Positions 24,101 to 36,106 of a stretch of DNA of 64,000 nt are shown in pieces. The position numbers were made by a program, and so were the translations under genes. Each line of letters begins with the position of its first letter. Position 1 is the first letter of the stretch. This DNA comes from Lama glama (Eukaryota), in NCBI GenBank assembly GCA_028534125.1, contig CM052817.1:98892001-98956000 (forward strand). The letters are read 5' to 3'. The notes beneath the pieces are model-generated. The model made no database searches. It saw only the letters and a program-made list of their open reading frames with translations, and had not been told where the DNA came from.

Positions 24101-26958
24101 TTTTTCCTTCAAAGTGAGAAGAAGTCTAAATTCAAAAATTTAAGTTGAGGAGTTGTGTCAATTTATAGACCATACTGCAATTATGTATATAAAAGCCTGA
24201 CTCTTTCTTACAGGTCAATTATATTGCATCCAAGAGGTACAATAGAGAAATAAGCATAACCTGCACGTCCTCCTCTGAAAAGCTGTGACTTGAGCGGCTG
24301 CATCGAGGAGCCATCAGTGAGCCACAGGCTTATAAAATCGGAACCAGCTTGCATGAATGTTGAAAACACAGTTCATAGGCGGTAAAAAAAAAAAAAAGTC
24401 TTTGTTTTTGTTTGTTTGTCATTTTCTTTTGAAAAGCTTCGACTGGCTTGTTCATTTTTCCATTCTAATGTGTGGAAATTCTCATTATATGAAAAAATGC
24501 CTATTTGTCTTTCTCCTAGATTCATCCTTCAAAGCTAAAGCAAAATTAAATTGGGACATTAGACGTTATAAAAGAGCCAAAAAGGATGAGGTTCACTTTG
24601 GGAAAGGTAATTTAATTTAGTCAAGATGCATTACAATTTTCTAAAATTTTTATTAGATGTGCTGTTCCGTTATTCTGTTATTTTTTTTCCCTTTCATTAC
24701 CAGCATTACTAGGAGTTAATGTCCACCATAGTGCAGACAATGAGAGGGTACAGATGAAGTGCTTTATGAAAAATACAACATTATAATATATACTCTAATG
24801 CCAACTAGATGGTGTTCGTGTGGTGATTTATTTGCTCTAAGCATTCTGTGCGTCTGTTAACACCTTAAGTCAGTTACTATTGTTGCTTTGATTTTATAGA
24901 CAAGACAGAAGGACCACAGCAAAGCTTAGAACTTTGGTTCACATATTATCTTGTTTACTGAATTCATATTTTAAAAGAGCAAAAGACTCCAGTGTTTGGT
25001 CAGTCCTATTTGACTCATTTTTTTTTAAATAGGATATGCGTATAAAAAACCATCCCTGGGGTGATTTATAAAGTATTTAACTATATAAAAATATATTTCT
25101 CCCTTCTGGAAAACTGAATATTTCTAATTTTAAAATATACTTAAACTTTTGAACTGTAACAACACTTACAAACAAGTATAGCTAGTAAGCCTTCAGCTAC
25201 TTCTCAAAATACCCATTGGGAATGACATACAGAACATGGTTAGGCCAAGGATTTAAAAACAAACAAACAAACACAGTTTTTTTGCATTTAGATCACTCTA
25301 TGTTCATGAAACATCTCCCAGTGTTTTAAAGCAAAAGAAAGTTCTTTCAGAATATTTTCACATAAATAACAAAATGATATATTTATTATCTAGGTCAAAT
25401 CTAGGTTTGTCTGAGCTAATTTAGTAAATCTCAGTAACTGAATTTACGGAAACAGGAGAAAAGAAATCGAAAGTAGTCACTGATCCTAAGAAGGAGCAGA
25501 ATGGCAGGGTCCACAATGAAAAGAAAACGAAGTACTTCTCAAAAGAACGTGAAAAACAGACCCCCCCTCCACCAAAGTGTACATATTTCAAGTCATTGTA
25601 ATTACATATAAAATGGAGATGTCTGTGAATATGTGAAACACACACACGTACACACTACCCACCGCAACAGAGACACACGCACAAAGTCTGATCTGATTAC
25701 AATGGCTGCATTAACCACAGCGTCCCAGCCTTAAGGTTGTTTTTCATACTCTAGTTGTGTAGGGAATTATCCTTGTTTTGATTAAAATAAGAAATACATA
25801 TTAGAGGTTCATGGAATACAAGTTTTGTTTCACCACCACACCAAACAAAATACACAAAGAGCAGAAACAGCCTTGATAAAACACTTTGCACACACTTCTT
25901 TTAAAACTCTACTGGCTCTTGACTAAATTTTTTTTAAAGGTCTTACTTTCATACAAATAATGTACATTTAATAAGCACAGCTTTAAGAAGTCAATCCAAA
26001 ATATGATGGATTTAAACATACTCAGACGGTTTTATAATTTGGGGCTGAGTACCACAGTATTCAAGGTAAAGAAATCAGGAACCACACGACCCTTCCTTAA
26101 CCAAATACATTCCAACTTGCTTTAAATTAAGAAACTGTAAATATTTAAGAGCAGTTAAAATGCTCTACCTTATGAGGTAAAAATCTAAAGCTATTCTTGC
26201 AGGAACTCTTCAGTGTTGTCATAATCATTTTAATTAAATTCTCATTTTTCAGGTGGTCCCTTTAATTGTTTTTTCCTACTTCTTAATGTGTTTTTCTAAA
26301 GCCATTTCTTTTCTGCAGCTGTGTGCGATTGGTTTTAATGGTAGCTGCTTCCTTTTTTGCCTTCTGTGAATTACAATTTTAAATGGTTACACATTTTTTG
26401 TTTTACTGCCCTCAGCACAGTTTCATAAAGATGTTTAAGGCTGTTGGTGAACATTTTCATTTCCCATCTGAAAAACCAGGAGCCAATTTGAATACTCCAT
26501 ATTGGCCTTTTATGACCTGCTTTATCTTTTAATATGTAAATGAAAGCATATTTTTTTATAAAGACTAGTTTGTTTCCATGAAATTATTTTTCTTTTGCTC
26601 TTTTAAAATATGAATTCAATAAACAAGATAATATGTGATTGCTCTTTTACGTTCTTATTGTTCGTGAATGAAACACCTCTCTCTTATGTGGTGACAGCCA
26701 TTTCCAATGAAGAACTAGCATTTTCAGATCATAAGAATAACCTACAACATGAAAAATGAGATTTCATGCTTGAATCTTAATTATCAATGGCCACCAAATG
26801 TTAATAACAAGGCTATCTAGACCTTTCCTAAATTACAACTATGAAATTAAAACTACTTGATAATCAGTTTCACTTTCACCATGATGAAATAGGTAACTTC
26901 ACTGCAAAATGTTATACGTCACTTGTAAAAGTTTACTTATAAAATAAATTGTACTTAC

Positions 26959-27126
26959 TGCCTGGGTTATCTCCAATCCCACTGCTTTTTCCATTCCAGT
27001 ACCAGAGCAGAAGGGTTGCATCACGTGACCCTGAGAGAATGTAGCAATTTCCCCCGATATATGACTCAGAACGAGTGAGGCAAGTGACGACATCCCAATG
27101 GCCAAATACCACTTGGATCAATTTTC
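26959..27126 (-). CDS. LRBA: LRBA exon, WD40 repeat (GKLIQVVFGHWDVVTCLTRSESYIGGNCYILSGSRDATLLLWYWNGKSSGIGDNPG); 168 nt, phase 1-1
   Basis: GH...SGSRD...W WD40 signature; acceptor tttcag|GA; donor GGCA|gtaagt. Confidence 0.96.
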
Positions 27127-29449
27127 CTGAAATACAAAATAATTTTCTTTAAAACTGCTATTAAAAAAATTGAAAAAACTCCCAGGGACCATTTAACTTA
27201 TAGGATAAGGAAGTTGTGTTAACTCACATTCTGATAATTCAGGTTTTATAATAAAATTTGATCCAGTCCAACCTAGAAGTTTTCTTTGAATAGTTAACAA
27301 CAACAAAAAAATCAACTGAACAGTGATAACAACTTTCTTGAAAGACATATGTTAAAACTATGTCAACTAATAGTATTATTATACATGGCTACTATAAATT
27401 ACAAATGAATCATGTCTACTGATTAAAGCAGGCCCAGGAGAATCCTTATTTGGAACCATTTCAACAATCTCTTAAGTTACTCTATATGATTCAAAACAAA
27501 GCAAAACTTAGTTGCCTTTCTGCAAGTACTCTGTAATTCAGACTTCACTAACACAAACTGGCCTCTGAATTAGTAAAGACTTAGTGTATTTCTCCTTCTC
27601 TTCTTTGAACTGATCGATACGAGGGCAGTCTAAGCCACTTTGGAGAGCTTCTGTTTTTCAAATCAGGATTCCGTGAACTCAATTTTGATAAAAAGGCTAA
27701 TATAGTGTGACTGCAATTTGAGCCAGGTGATTCTTTCTTTGTTTTAATTGAATGATGAAAATTCCTGGAGAGGGGAGAGGATGATGAAATTAAGATTTTC
27801 ACAGTTTAACAGTAAAGAATGGGGGTGGGAAGGGGGAGTTTCCCAGTGAACTTCCTATGTATCTGGGATGTTAAACACAGGACGAACTGCTCACATAACG
27901 GTGTCAGAAAAAACATAAAGCTCCCACTTTTTTGATTCTTTGTTAAATCAGATATGGTGCTTATAATATACACAAACTTGTCCAGAGAATTAAGTATCTA
28001 TAGCTGCCCTTCCATTCTATCCCTAGAGTTTCTAGCTAACATTTTTCTTTGCACTGTCTAGAGATACTACAAATGAATGTCATAGAATGTCTACCCGTAA
28101 TATTCAGCATGAGCTTTTTTTACAATTAGTGTTTCAGTGAGGTCATAAAGAAATACAATTCAAATGTTCCAGATAAAAGACCACTGAGCTGAAAAAAAAA
28201 ATTAGTATGCCTAAAAAAAGTTTACAGTTTAACTTGGAACACATCATAGCCTATTCTAAATATTAAGGTTTTAATAATAAAGTACTAGTATCTATGCGTA
28301 TCTAACTTTTCAAGATAATAATAAATATAACTAAAAGTATTTCCATTAATTTTGTTAAATTCTTGATTTTAATAAACCCAAAGCTTATTATAAAGTCTGC
28401 AATTTTAGAAATAAAATAGTGAGAAACACTTTATCTAAATCAGATGGAAAGTCAGTGTTTTCTCTTGCACACAGCCTATTAATAGTAACTTAGGATAAGA
28501 TGCACATTAATCTCAAAGTGCAAAATTAATAAAGTACATTTTTTCCCCTATAAGTAAAGACTTTAGTCAAAGCAAGTGTTTTAACTGCTAAATGTTAAAA
28601 ATGTTCACTTCCGAATTTCTTCAGCCTTTTAAATTAATACCAAAACATTTCATTTTAAAAATTAGCTTTTGTCAATAAAGAATATGGTAAGAAGAATTTA
28701 AGACTTTCTAGAAAAAAGAAAAGAAAAAGCAAATAAATATTTAAAATGTAATAATCTTCACATCACTTCCACCTTCTTATATGAAGAACAAAGTAAGAGG
28801 CTGAGTGGTAATATGAGTGGGATTGGATCAGAGGCAGGCCTTTCTAAAGGTAAGACAAAAGTTAGGGAGCTGAATGCGCTCTCATTATGAATGAGGAAAC
28901 TGAAGGTTAAGTCAGTGAGTCTTAACCACTGAGAGAACTGAACACACCATCATGTGATTATGTTTTTGATTACAGAGTAGATACAGTGACTTCTGCCTCA
29001 GCCTACACTAAATGCTGAGAGCATGTAACTACAGGAGTGATTTAGGTAGGTTATTTAGAGCAGGCTTATTTCAGATTTGATACCCATCAATTCAGTGCAT
29101 TGTAGGAGAGGGGATGAGCCAAATAACCACAACTAACTAGGTCCTAGAGATCCGTGGTGCAGAGGAAACCCAAATGCTCCAAGGCTGGCAAAACAGCAGC
29201 TGCTTGCTTGTTACCTTCCTTAATCTGCAACTAGTGAGAGCAAAGTGGAAATTTTTAGGTGAAAAGTGGGAGAGATTAAATCTAGTGTCAGGATTTCCCA
29301 GGACTCGTTTGTTAATTCCCATTAGGTAAGTCATCGCTCTGTGCCAACAATGTCAGTGTTATGAAGATGCATATTCAATCACTGTGGTTTCCTTTTGAAT
29401 TAAAATTTCCTAGTGTTTCAATTTTTGCCCCTGAAAGTGATCACAATTA

Positions 29450-29720
29450 TTTTTCATTCAACACACATTTACCGAACACCTACTAAGTGCTGAGCATTCA
29501 ACTGCCTTACGTCTACATAGTGGTAACAGACGTGGCTCCTGCTCTCATAGTATATAGTTACCGTAGCAGGACAGACACATTCTGAACAGACACACACAGA
29601 TAAATAATTATGAATAGTGGTAAGTATTGCAGAAGAAAGGACAAGACAGGATCAGTGAGAATGAGAGAAAACAAACTCAGACTGGGCATCAGGGAAGATC
29701 GAAATGAGGGGGTGACATTT
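29450..29720 (-). mobile_element. L2 3'-end fragment
   Basis: ttcattcaacacacatttaccgaacacctactaagtgc...gctcctgctctcatag...catcagggaaga...gggggtgacattt. Confidence 0.65.
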
Positions 29721-30829
29721 AAATATTTATATCTAAAGAGTTTCATATTTTAATACAAATTAACTTCGCCCTCTACAATTTATACTTTGGGCTCAACTCT
29801 GGAAAACATTATTTTTTTTTAAGTTTACTTTTTCCTCCTCTGGCAGCCTTCCTCTGCAATATTTGTTATTGCTATGAGGCCGAGGTTCACTCCTCCTAAA
29901 TAAATCACGGTGTATAAATACTTGCTGCTCTTTTTGGTAAATTATTTTCTGATAATCTCTTAAGTGTTCCTCAACCTTTATTTTTTGTTTCCTTTAATAC
30001 CGGTCCACCTCTCCACACACTAATATCAAATATTACCGCAAGCACTAGAATATCCTTTTTTTGACAGAACAAATTTTCTAGTTAATGTTTTATTTGACAG
30101 CTGTGCTACAAATAAAAAAAAAATTCAAGCTCGGGACTCTGCACCATTGAATCTAAAATGTGGCCTGAAAATAATTCCCACTGCCGAGGGAAGGTTTTAT
30201 TGTTGCCTCTGCTGTTCTGGTTGTGTCCCGAAAACATGATTTATGTTTAAAGAATTTCCTGTTACAACCGTGTTTCTCCCTACTCCCACCTCCCCGCCCC
30301 GCCAAATCTAATAAGAGAAGGATTTTTTTTTTGGCTTATGTGCCAAAATATAATTGAATTCAACACTTGTGATAGCTTTGGCATTATATATTATTGATCA
30401 TACAATTTTTCCCTGCTTTTCTGCCAAACTTAGGAGAAAATATTGACTACTCCTATTATTATAACTCAAACATATTTACCTTAACAAATAATTTTAAATA
30501 AAACTAGCATCCGAGTTTGTATATGAGATATTAAGAAAGATACTAGGACTAGCATTTGAGATTTTTTTCCACAACTTTTCTGGCAAGTATAAATATTTTT
30601 AGTGTACATGCTAAGTCAGTCCTGCTGAAATGAAGTTTAAAATGAGGCTGCTGCTTATGAAAATGTTTCACACACACACACAAGTGCACGTGCACATTTT
30701 AAAACACAGTAAAGTAGAGGGCTTTTGAGAAGAGTGGAAGGAAAGTCATCTAGTTTATTAGGTCTAAAGTAAAATGGCAGATATACTAGAAGCCTAGTTT
30801 TTAAACAGCTAACACCTGTGTGAGATGAC

Positions 30830-31070
30830 ATGGTATAATCACAAAAACGTCACATCTGAAGTCAGAGGATCTAGCTCCAATGCTCAGTTCTAGTACCATT
30901 ATCTATACAAATTTCAGCAAGTTACTTAACCTTCCTAAACCTCAGTTTCATCATCTGAAAAATGGGGCTAAGGACCTGTTCTGTCTATCTCACAGGATTA
31001 CTGTGAGGCCAACATGATATCGTGTCAGCGAAAGAAGGAATTCTGTAAATTCTACAGAATGTGTGACTAT
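30830..31070 (+). mobile_element. MIR SINE
   Basis: MIR core gcaagttacttaaccttcctaaacctcagtttcatcatctgaaaaatgggg. Confidence 0.8.
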
Positions 31071-31274
31071 CAGAATTATTTTAATTATTCATATTACATA
31101 AAAGCGAGGTTAGCTTTACTTTACAAATATTCACAGTCAATGTCTTTTAAAATGATATGAAATGTCAACAAACTCAAAAAGCCTCAAATGTCAAACCAAA
31201 GACTGACATAATATCTGATCTCTTTTTATGACATTCTAGGAAAGGCAAAATTATAGAGGTGAAGAAATGTAGCA

Positions 31275-31395
31275 GGGGGAGGGCACAGCTCAGTGCTAGA
31301 GTGTGTGCTTAGCATGCACGAGGTCCTGGGTTCAATCCCCAGTACCTCCATTAAAATAAATGATAAATAAACCAAATTACCTACCCAAAACAAAA
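31275..31395 (+). mobile_element. tRNA-derived SINE, Vic-1-like, nested in an old L1 3' UTR fragment (about 31190-31460)
   Basis: gggggagggcacagctcagtgctagagtgtgtgcttagcatgcacgaggtcctgggttcaatccccagtacctcc; left flank tgacattctaggaaaggcaaaattatag is L1MC/ME-like. Confidence 0.88.
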
Positions 31396-32986
31396 GAAAC
31401 AACATACCAGTGATTGTGAAGAGGCTGAGGTGAGGGAGAAGCTGAGTACAAATGGGCAGCACTTATTAAATTGTTAAAATAATTTTAATGTATAAAAAAC
31501 AGTATGTAATCTAAAAGAATGTTTAAGAAAACCTTGTGAGAGGATGTAATAATCTAAATGTGAAAGTTTCTGCAAGAAGGGAGCACAATTTGAGGTCAAA
31601 TAATGCTAAGGTTGTCTCTACCATAATGGTGTAAGAGAAGGTTCAATTTTAAATTGGATTATTAAATCAGAGAAAATTAATTACAATAATAAATGTATTT
31701 TAGGAAAACTCAGCAATCCCTATGGTATGTTTAAAAAACTCTGGAGGAGTTTTACATTCAGGAGTAATCAATCTCATAGACCTAGACATCTAGAAAAAGC
31801 CCAAGGAATCAGAAAGACTTGAAAACTGATGTTTTCTTTCTGGACCTACCTACAGAATAAAAATGCAGATTATAAGAAAAGTAGATCATCAATTCCATAA
31901 AATAAAAATTAAACAAGACCATGCATAAAAACAACTATTTTTCCCTACCTTCTGATTGCCAGGTTATAACACTATCATCAAAATACGCCTAACGCAAACT
32001 CCTTGAGTAACTGAGAACTGATTTTTCAATATACTATAGTTATTAAGGCAGGAGCATGGACACATTCACATATTTTATACAGACTATTAATATGCCTGAA
32101 GGATGAGTTGCTTTACAACATGTAATTAGAAGGGTCAATTTTTATAAATTTCCTATTCCCACAACATTTAATCAAGGTATTTGTAGATTTTTGCTTTAGT
32201 CGATCTACTTCCATAGTATCTATCCAGTTCTAATGCATTAATATCTAATTGTAATTGTTTTAAATATAAAACTACATATTTACTGTAAGTTTATAGCATC
32301 CTCTAAGTTTCTAAAATACTTTAAAAGACTCCATTAAATTTTTCATTTTCAATTTCTTATATGCAAACATTTTTATAAGCATTTACTGAACTGGATATCC
32401 TGTAATAATACTGATTCAACTTTGGTTTGTCCCTTACGGAGATGTGTGCAAGTGAATATGTAGACTTAAACTTAAATTTTTTAACAAGCTCCCATCACCC
32501 ATAAAATCAGTAGTCAGCTACTTTCCTTCATGATAGTATAGCTTTCAGCAAGATTCTGCGCAGAATTGGGTGGAAGCAAGATATGCACTCCCAAGAAATA
32601 CACTTAATGAGAATTTCCAGTAAGAAAAAAACTTTTGATAATACTAAAGTGGGGAAATACACCTACACTCCGTATGTACACTTGCTGTAAGATTATGCAT
32701 ATGGTATTTACATACCAGGATACGTTTTCAAAATGAATCATTCATTCTGTAAGTATGACGCTTGGGAGACAAACCTACACAAAACTGCCTCTTAAAAACA
32801 TTCTCAAGTTAATTTATGAATGGACTATCGAGTAGATTATTACTTGAAGGGGGGAAAACTGTCTTTATTTTACAAAATTTTAGAATTCTGTAACTTTTGG
32901 CAGGAAGAAGAGGAGCAAGCAGTCTAAGTCTGTCCATGCTACCTGTCATAAACTTTAGTTCACTGATGAAGAAATGACGGGGTTAC

Positions 32987-33142
32987 CTGTGTCTGTAGAA
33001 TAGACGCGGAAACTCTTATCCCAGAAGCCGCAGATGAGAATGTAGCGGTTGTCCGAAGTGATGACAAAGCACTGGGAATGGACTTGAATACTTTGGTCTA
33101 AAAGGTCGGTGATTTGCCTCCTATGCATTCCTGTGTTGCTGG
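32987..33142 (-). CDS. LRBA: LRBA exon, start of WD40 region (ASNTGMHRRQITDLLDQSIQVHSQCFVITSDNRYILICGFWDKSFRVYSTDT); 156 nt, phase 1-1
   Basis: GFWDKSFRVY motif; acceptor ctcacag|CC; donor ACAG|gtaacc. Confidence 0.96.
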
Positions 33143-34201
33143 CTGTGAGAACAGAGGAAGGAACAAAAAAGCCTACTAAACCCACACATGCAAAGAAATC
33201 CTACAGTTTTTCACACTGGGGGTTGGGGATGAGGGAGGAGAGACAACACAATCCAGAATAATATTTGCTCTTTAATTTAAAATATAAAACCCAAGGAGGA
33301 AAACACACCCTGTTTTTGGAAGAATGTGACTAGCCAAACTCAGCAGCTCAGTGGGAAATCTTGCCTCGAGGAAAGAAACAATAATATCCTACGATTTTAA
33401 AATCCGTGGTACACAATTCTCAGAACATGCCATCTAGCTCTTGGGCAGGACCAAACTAGATTAGTATCTCCAGATTGCATCACAGTTAGGTTTGTGTTTC
33501 TGACAATCTCATTGTATCTATTGTCATGAGAATGGATTCATGTTGTGACAATCTATTACCTTTAACTTTTTGTCACAAGGAAGAGATAGTAGAATTTAAA
33601 TGTCATATATTTGAAAAATTGTAGCATCTTGGACTACGTTAACTTTAACAGGTCTTTAACTAGATGTGAACTCCCGTTTCCCCCGTTTACAGCTGCACTT
33701 GCATGTAAGCAAAAGGGTAGAATGACAATTTATTAAAGATATTTGTAATTGAAAAAGTCAAAGCACAGCACACTGCCACTTTCTTCCTACTTCTGTAAGC
33801 AATAAAACAAGACAGTCTGGCAGTGTGTTTTCAAAGTGCTACAGAGCACCTGAGATGGGGTTTGTCACAGGCACGAGGTCAGACACAGAGCAACATCGTG
33901 CACATGTGAAGAGTAATAATCCTCTAGAAATACACTATCAAGTATGTCTTTATCAGCAAAGGAATTTTCACTGAGATGCTTGTTTTTGGCATTCTGAAGC
34001 CAACCAAAGAGAAAGCTTTATGTCTAGTGATCTGAGAGTTATTTCACCACCAACTTTCCAATACAAATAATGGTTCTTACATGGCTAGAGAAACTTGATG
34101 CCAACAGAAATCAGAACAAACAAAATAAATTTCTGCATCTGATTATTATGCTTTTTGTACCATAGTCTTCACTTTTTAGGGAAAAAATAATATAGATGCA
34201 T

Positions 34202-34492
34202 TGTTTTTTTTTAACATTTTTTATTGATTTATAATCATTTTACAATGTGTCAAATTCCAGTGTTCAGCACAATTTTTCAGTCATTCATGGACATATACAC
34301 ACTCATTGTCACATTTTTTTCTCTGTGATTTATCATAACATTTTGTGTATATTTCCCTGTGCTATACAGAGTAATCTTGTTTATCTATTCTACTATTTTG
34401 AAATCCCAGTCTATCCCTTCCCACTCTCTATCCCCCTGGTAACCACAAGTCTGTATTCTCTGTCCATGAGTCTATTTCTGTCCTGTATTTAC
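34202..34492 (-). mobile_element. Lineage-specific LINE-1 3' end, truncated by the gap
   Basis: Poly-T start followed by tttattgatt...ttccctgtgctataca...cccctggtaaccacaagtctgtattctctgtccatgagtct. Confidence 0.88.
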
Positions 34493-34992
34493 NNNNNNNN
34501 NNNNNNNNNNNNNNNNNNNNNNNNNNNNNNNNNNNNNNNNNNNNNNNNNNNNNNNNNNNNNNNNNNNNNNNNNNNNNNNNNNNNNNNNNNNNNNNNNNNN
34601 NNNNNNNNNNNNNNNNNNNNNNNNNNNNNNNNNNNNNNNNNNNNNNNNNNNNNNNNNNNNNNNNNNNNNNNNNNNNNNNNNNNNNNNNNNNNNNNNNNNN
34701 NNNNNNNNNNNNNNNNNNNNNNNNNNNNNNNNNNNNNNNNNNNNNNNNNNNNNNNNNNNNNNNNNNNNNNNNNNNNNNNNNNNNNNNNNNNNNNNNNNNN
34801 NNNNNNNNNNNNNNNNNNNNNNNNNNNNNNNNNNNNNNNNNNNNNNNNNNNNNNNNNNNNNNNNNNNNNNNNNNNNNNNNNNNNNNNNNNNNNNNNNNNN
34901 NNNNNNNNNNNNNNNNNNNNNNNNNNNNNNNNNNNNNNNNNNNNNNNNNNNNNNNNNNNNNNNNNNNNNNNNNNNNNNNNNNNNNNNNNNNN
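34493..34992. other. Assembly gap of exactly 500 N, probably a placeholder of unknown true size
   Basis: Run of N with a round-number length. Confidence 0.98.
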
Positions 34993-35266
34993 AGACTCAT
35001 AGACATAGAATACAAACTTGTGGTTGCCAGTGGGGCTGAGGGTGGAAAGGGATAGATTGGGATTTCAAGATGTAGAATAGATAAACAAGATTATACTGTA
35101 TAGCACAGGGAAATACATACAAAATCTGATGGTAGCTCACAGAGAAAAAAATGTGACAATGAATATATATATGTTCATGTATAACTGAAAATTGTGCTGA
35201 ACACTGAAATTTGACACAACATTGTAAAATGACTATAAATCAATAAAAAATATTAAAAAAAAAAAA
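34993..35266 (+). mobile_element. Lineage-specific LINE-1 3' end, truncated by the gap; related to but not identical to 34202-34492
   Basis: agactcatagacatagaatacaaacttgtggttgcca...ctgtatagcacagggaaata...caataaaaaa plus poly-A. Confidence 0.88.
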
Positions 35267-35312
35267 GGAATATCCCTGCTGAAATTTCAAGAACCACAGA
35301 AGAACAGCACAT

Positions 35313-35520
35313 TACAGCTGGAGCCTATTTCCCTTCTCCTGATTCTGGCCTCTGACTTTCCTTGACCAGTAGAATGTGGCATAAATGACGTCGTGCGAGT
35401 TCAAAAGGAAGCTTTGAGACGTCTTGTGGAAATGTTCTCTTGGGACACTACTCTTACTGTGGGAGTGGCCTTGGCTAACTTCCTTGATGATGGAAGACCA
35501 CATGGAAAGAGAGGCAGGCT
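35313..35520 (+). mobile_element. MaLR (MLT1-type) LTR fragment
   Basis: tgactttccttgaccagtagaatgtggca...gatggaagaccacatggaaagagaggc. Confidence 0.6.
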
Positions 35521-36016
35521 TTGGGTATCCGGGCTATCACACCATCAGTTTTTCCTCCAAGGTCCCTGAGTCTCAGTAACAATATCCTATGTATTAGGCT
35601 GACTTTCAAAACTCCCAAACTGAAAAACATTAGGATGTCAAGAATAAAAACAATTAAAAAGAAAAAAAAAAGAAGCAGCAGCAGCTAGACACTCATAGGA
35701 GCAAACCAGAAAACTTATCAATCTCACGTGCTGAGTCTTTATCCTCCAGTGAGGATATGTGACCATTATGGACCTTTTATTTCTGCAACACAGAGCATGA
35801 CCCGATGACATGCTAGAGCCCTGGAGCAGCAGCTGCCTTCCCGAAGGTTCCAGGCCAGCATGTGCTGTCTGCTGGCTGTTAGCAGGCTCACAAACAGTGC
35901 ATACGAGGAACAGGCCCAGGTGTGGTGGAGAATCTCAAGCACAATGGAAGACTTACGAACGTCAAGCATAGTTTCAGAGTGCTGTAGGGGATGAGGGGAG
36001 TGAAGGTGGCACTTAC

Positions 36017-36106
36017 CGCTTGCATGGCTGACCCTCGGGGAGGATGTGGCTCTATCAGGAGTTGAGAAGGTGTCTGCCCAAAACTTCGGATTTGAGCTTC
36101 GATAGC
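36017..36106 (-). CDS. LRBA: LRBA exon, end of BEACH domain ([30 protein letters not shown]); 90 nt, phase 0-0
   Basis: BEACH terminal motif FGQTPxQL..PHPxR; acceptor tttgcag|GCT; donor GCG|gtaagt. Confidence 0.96.

Noticed and set aside
34247..35015. The two longest ORFs in the track (251 and 195 aa)
   Set aside because: They are artefacts of translating through the N gap; the real portions are L1 3' UTR.
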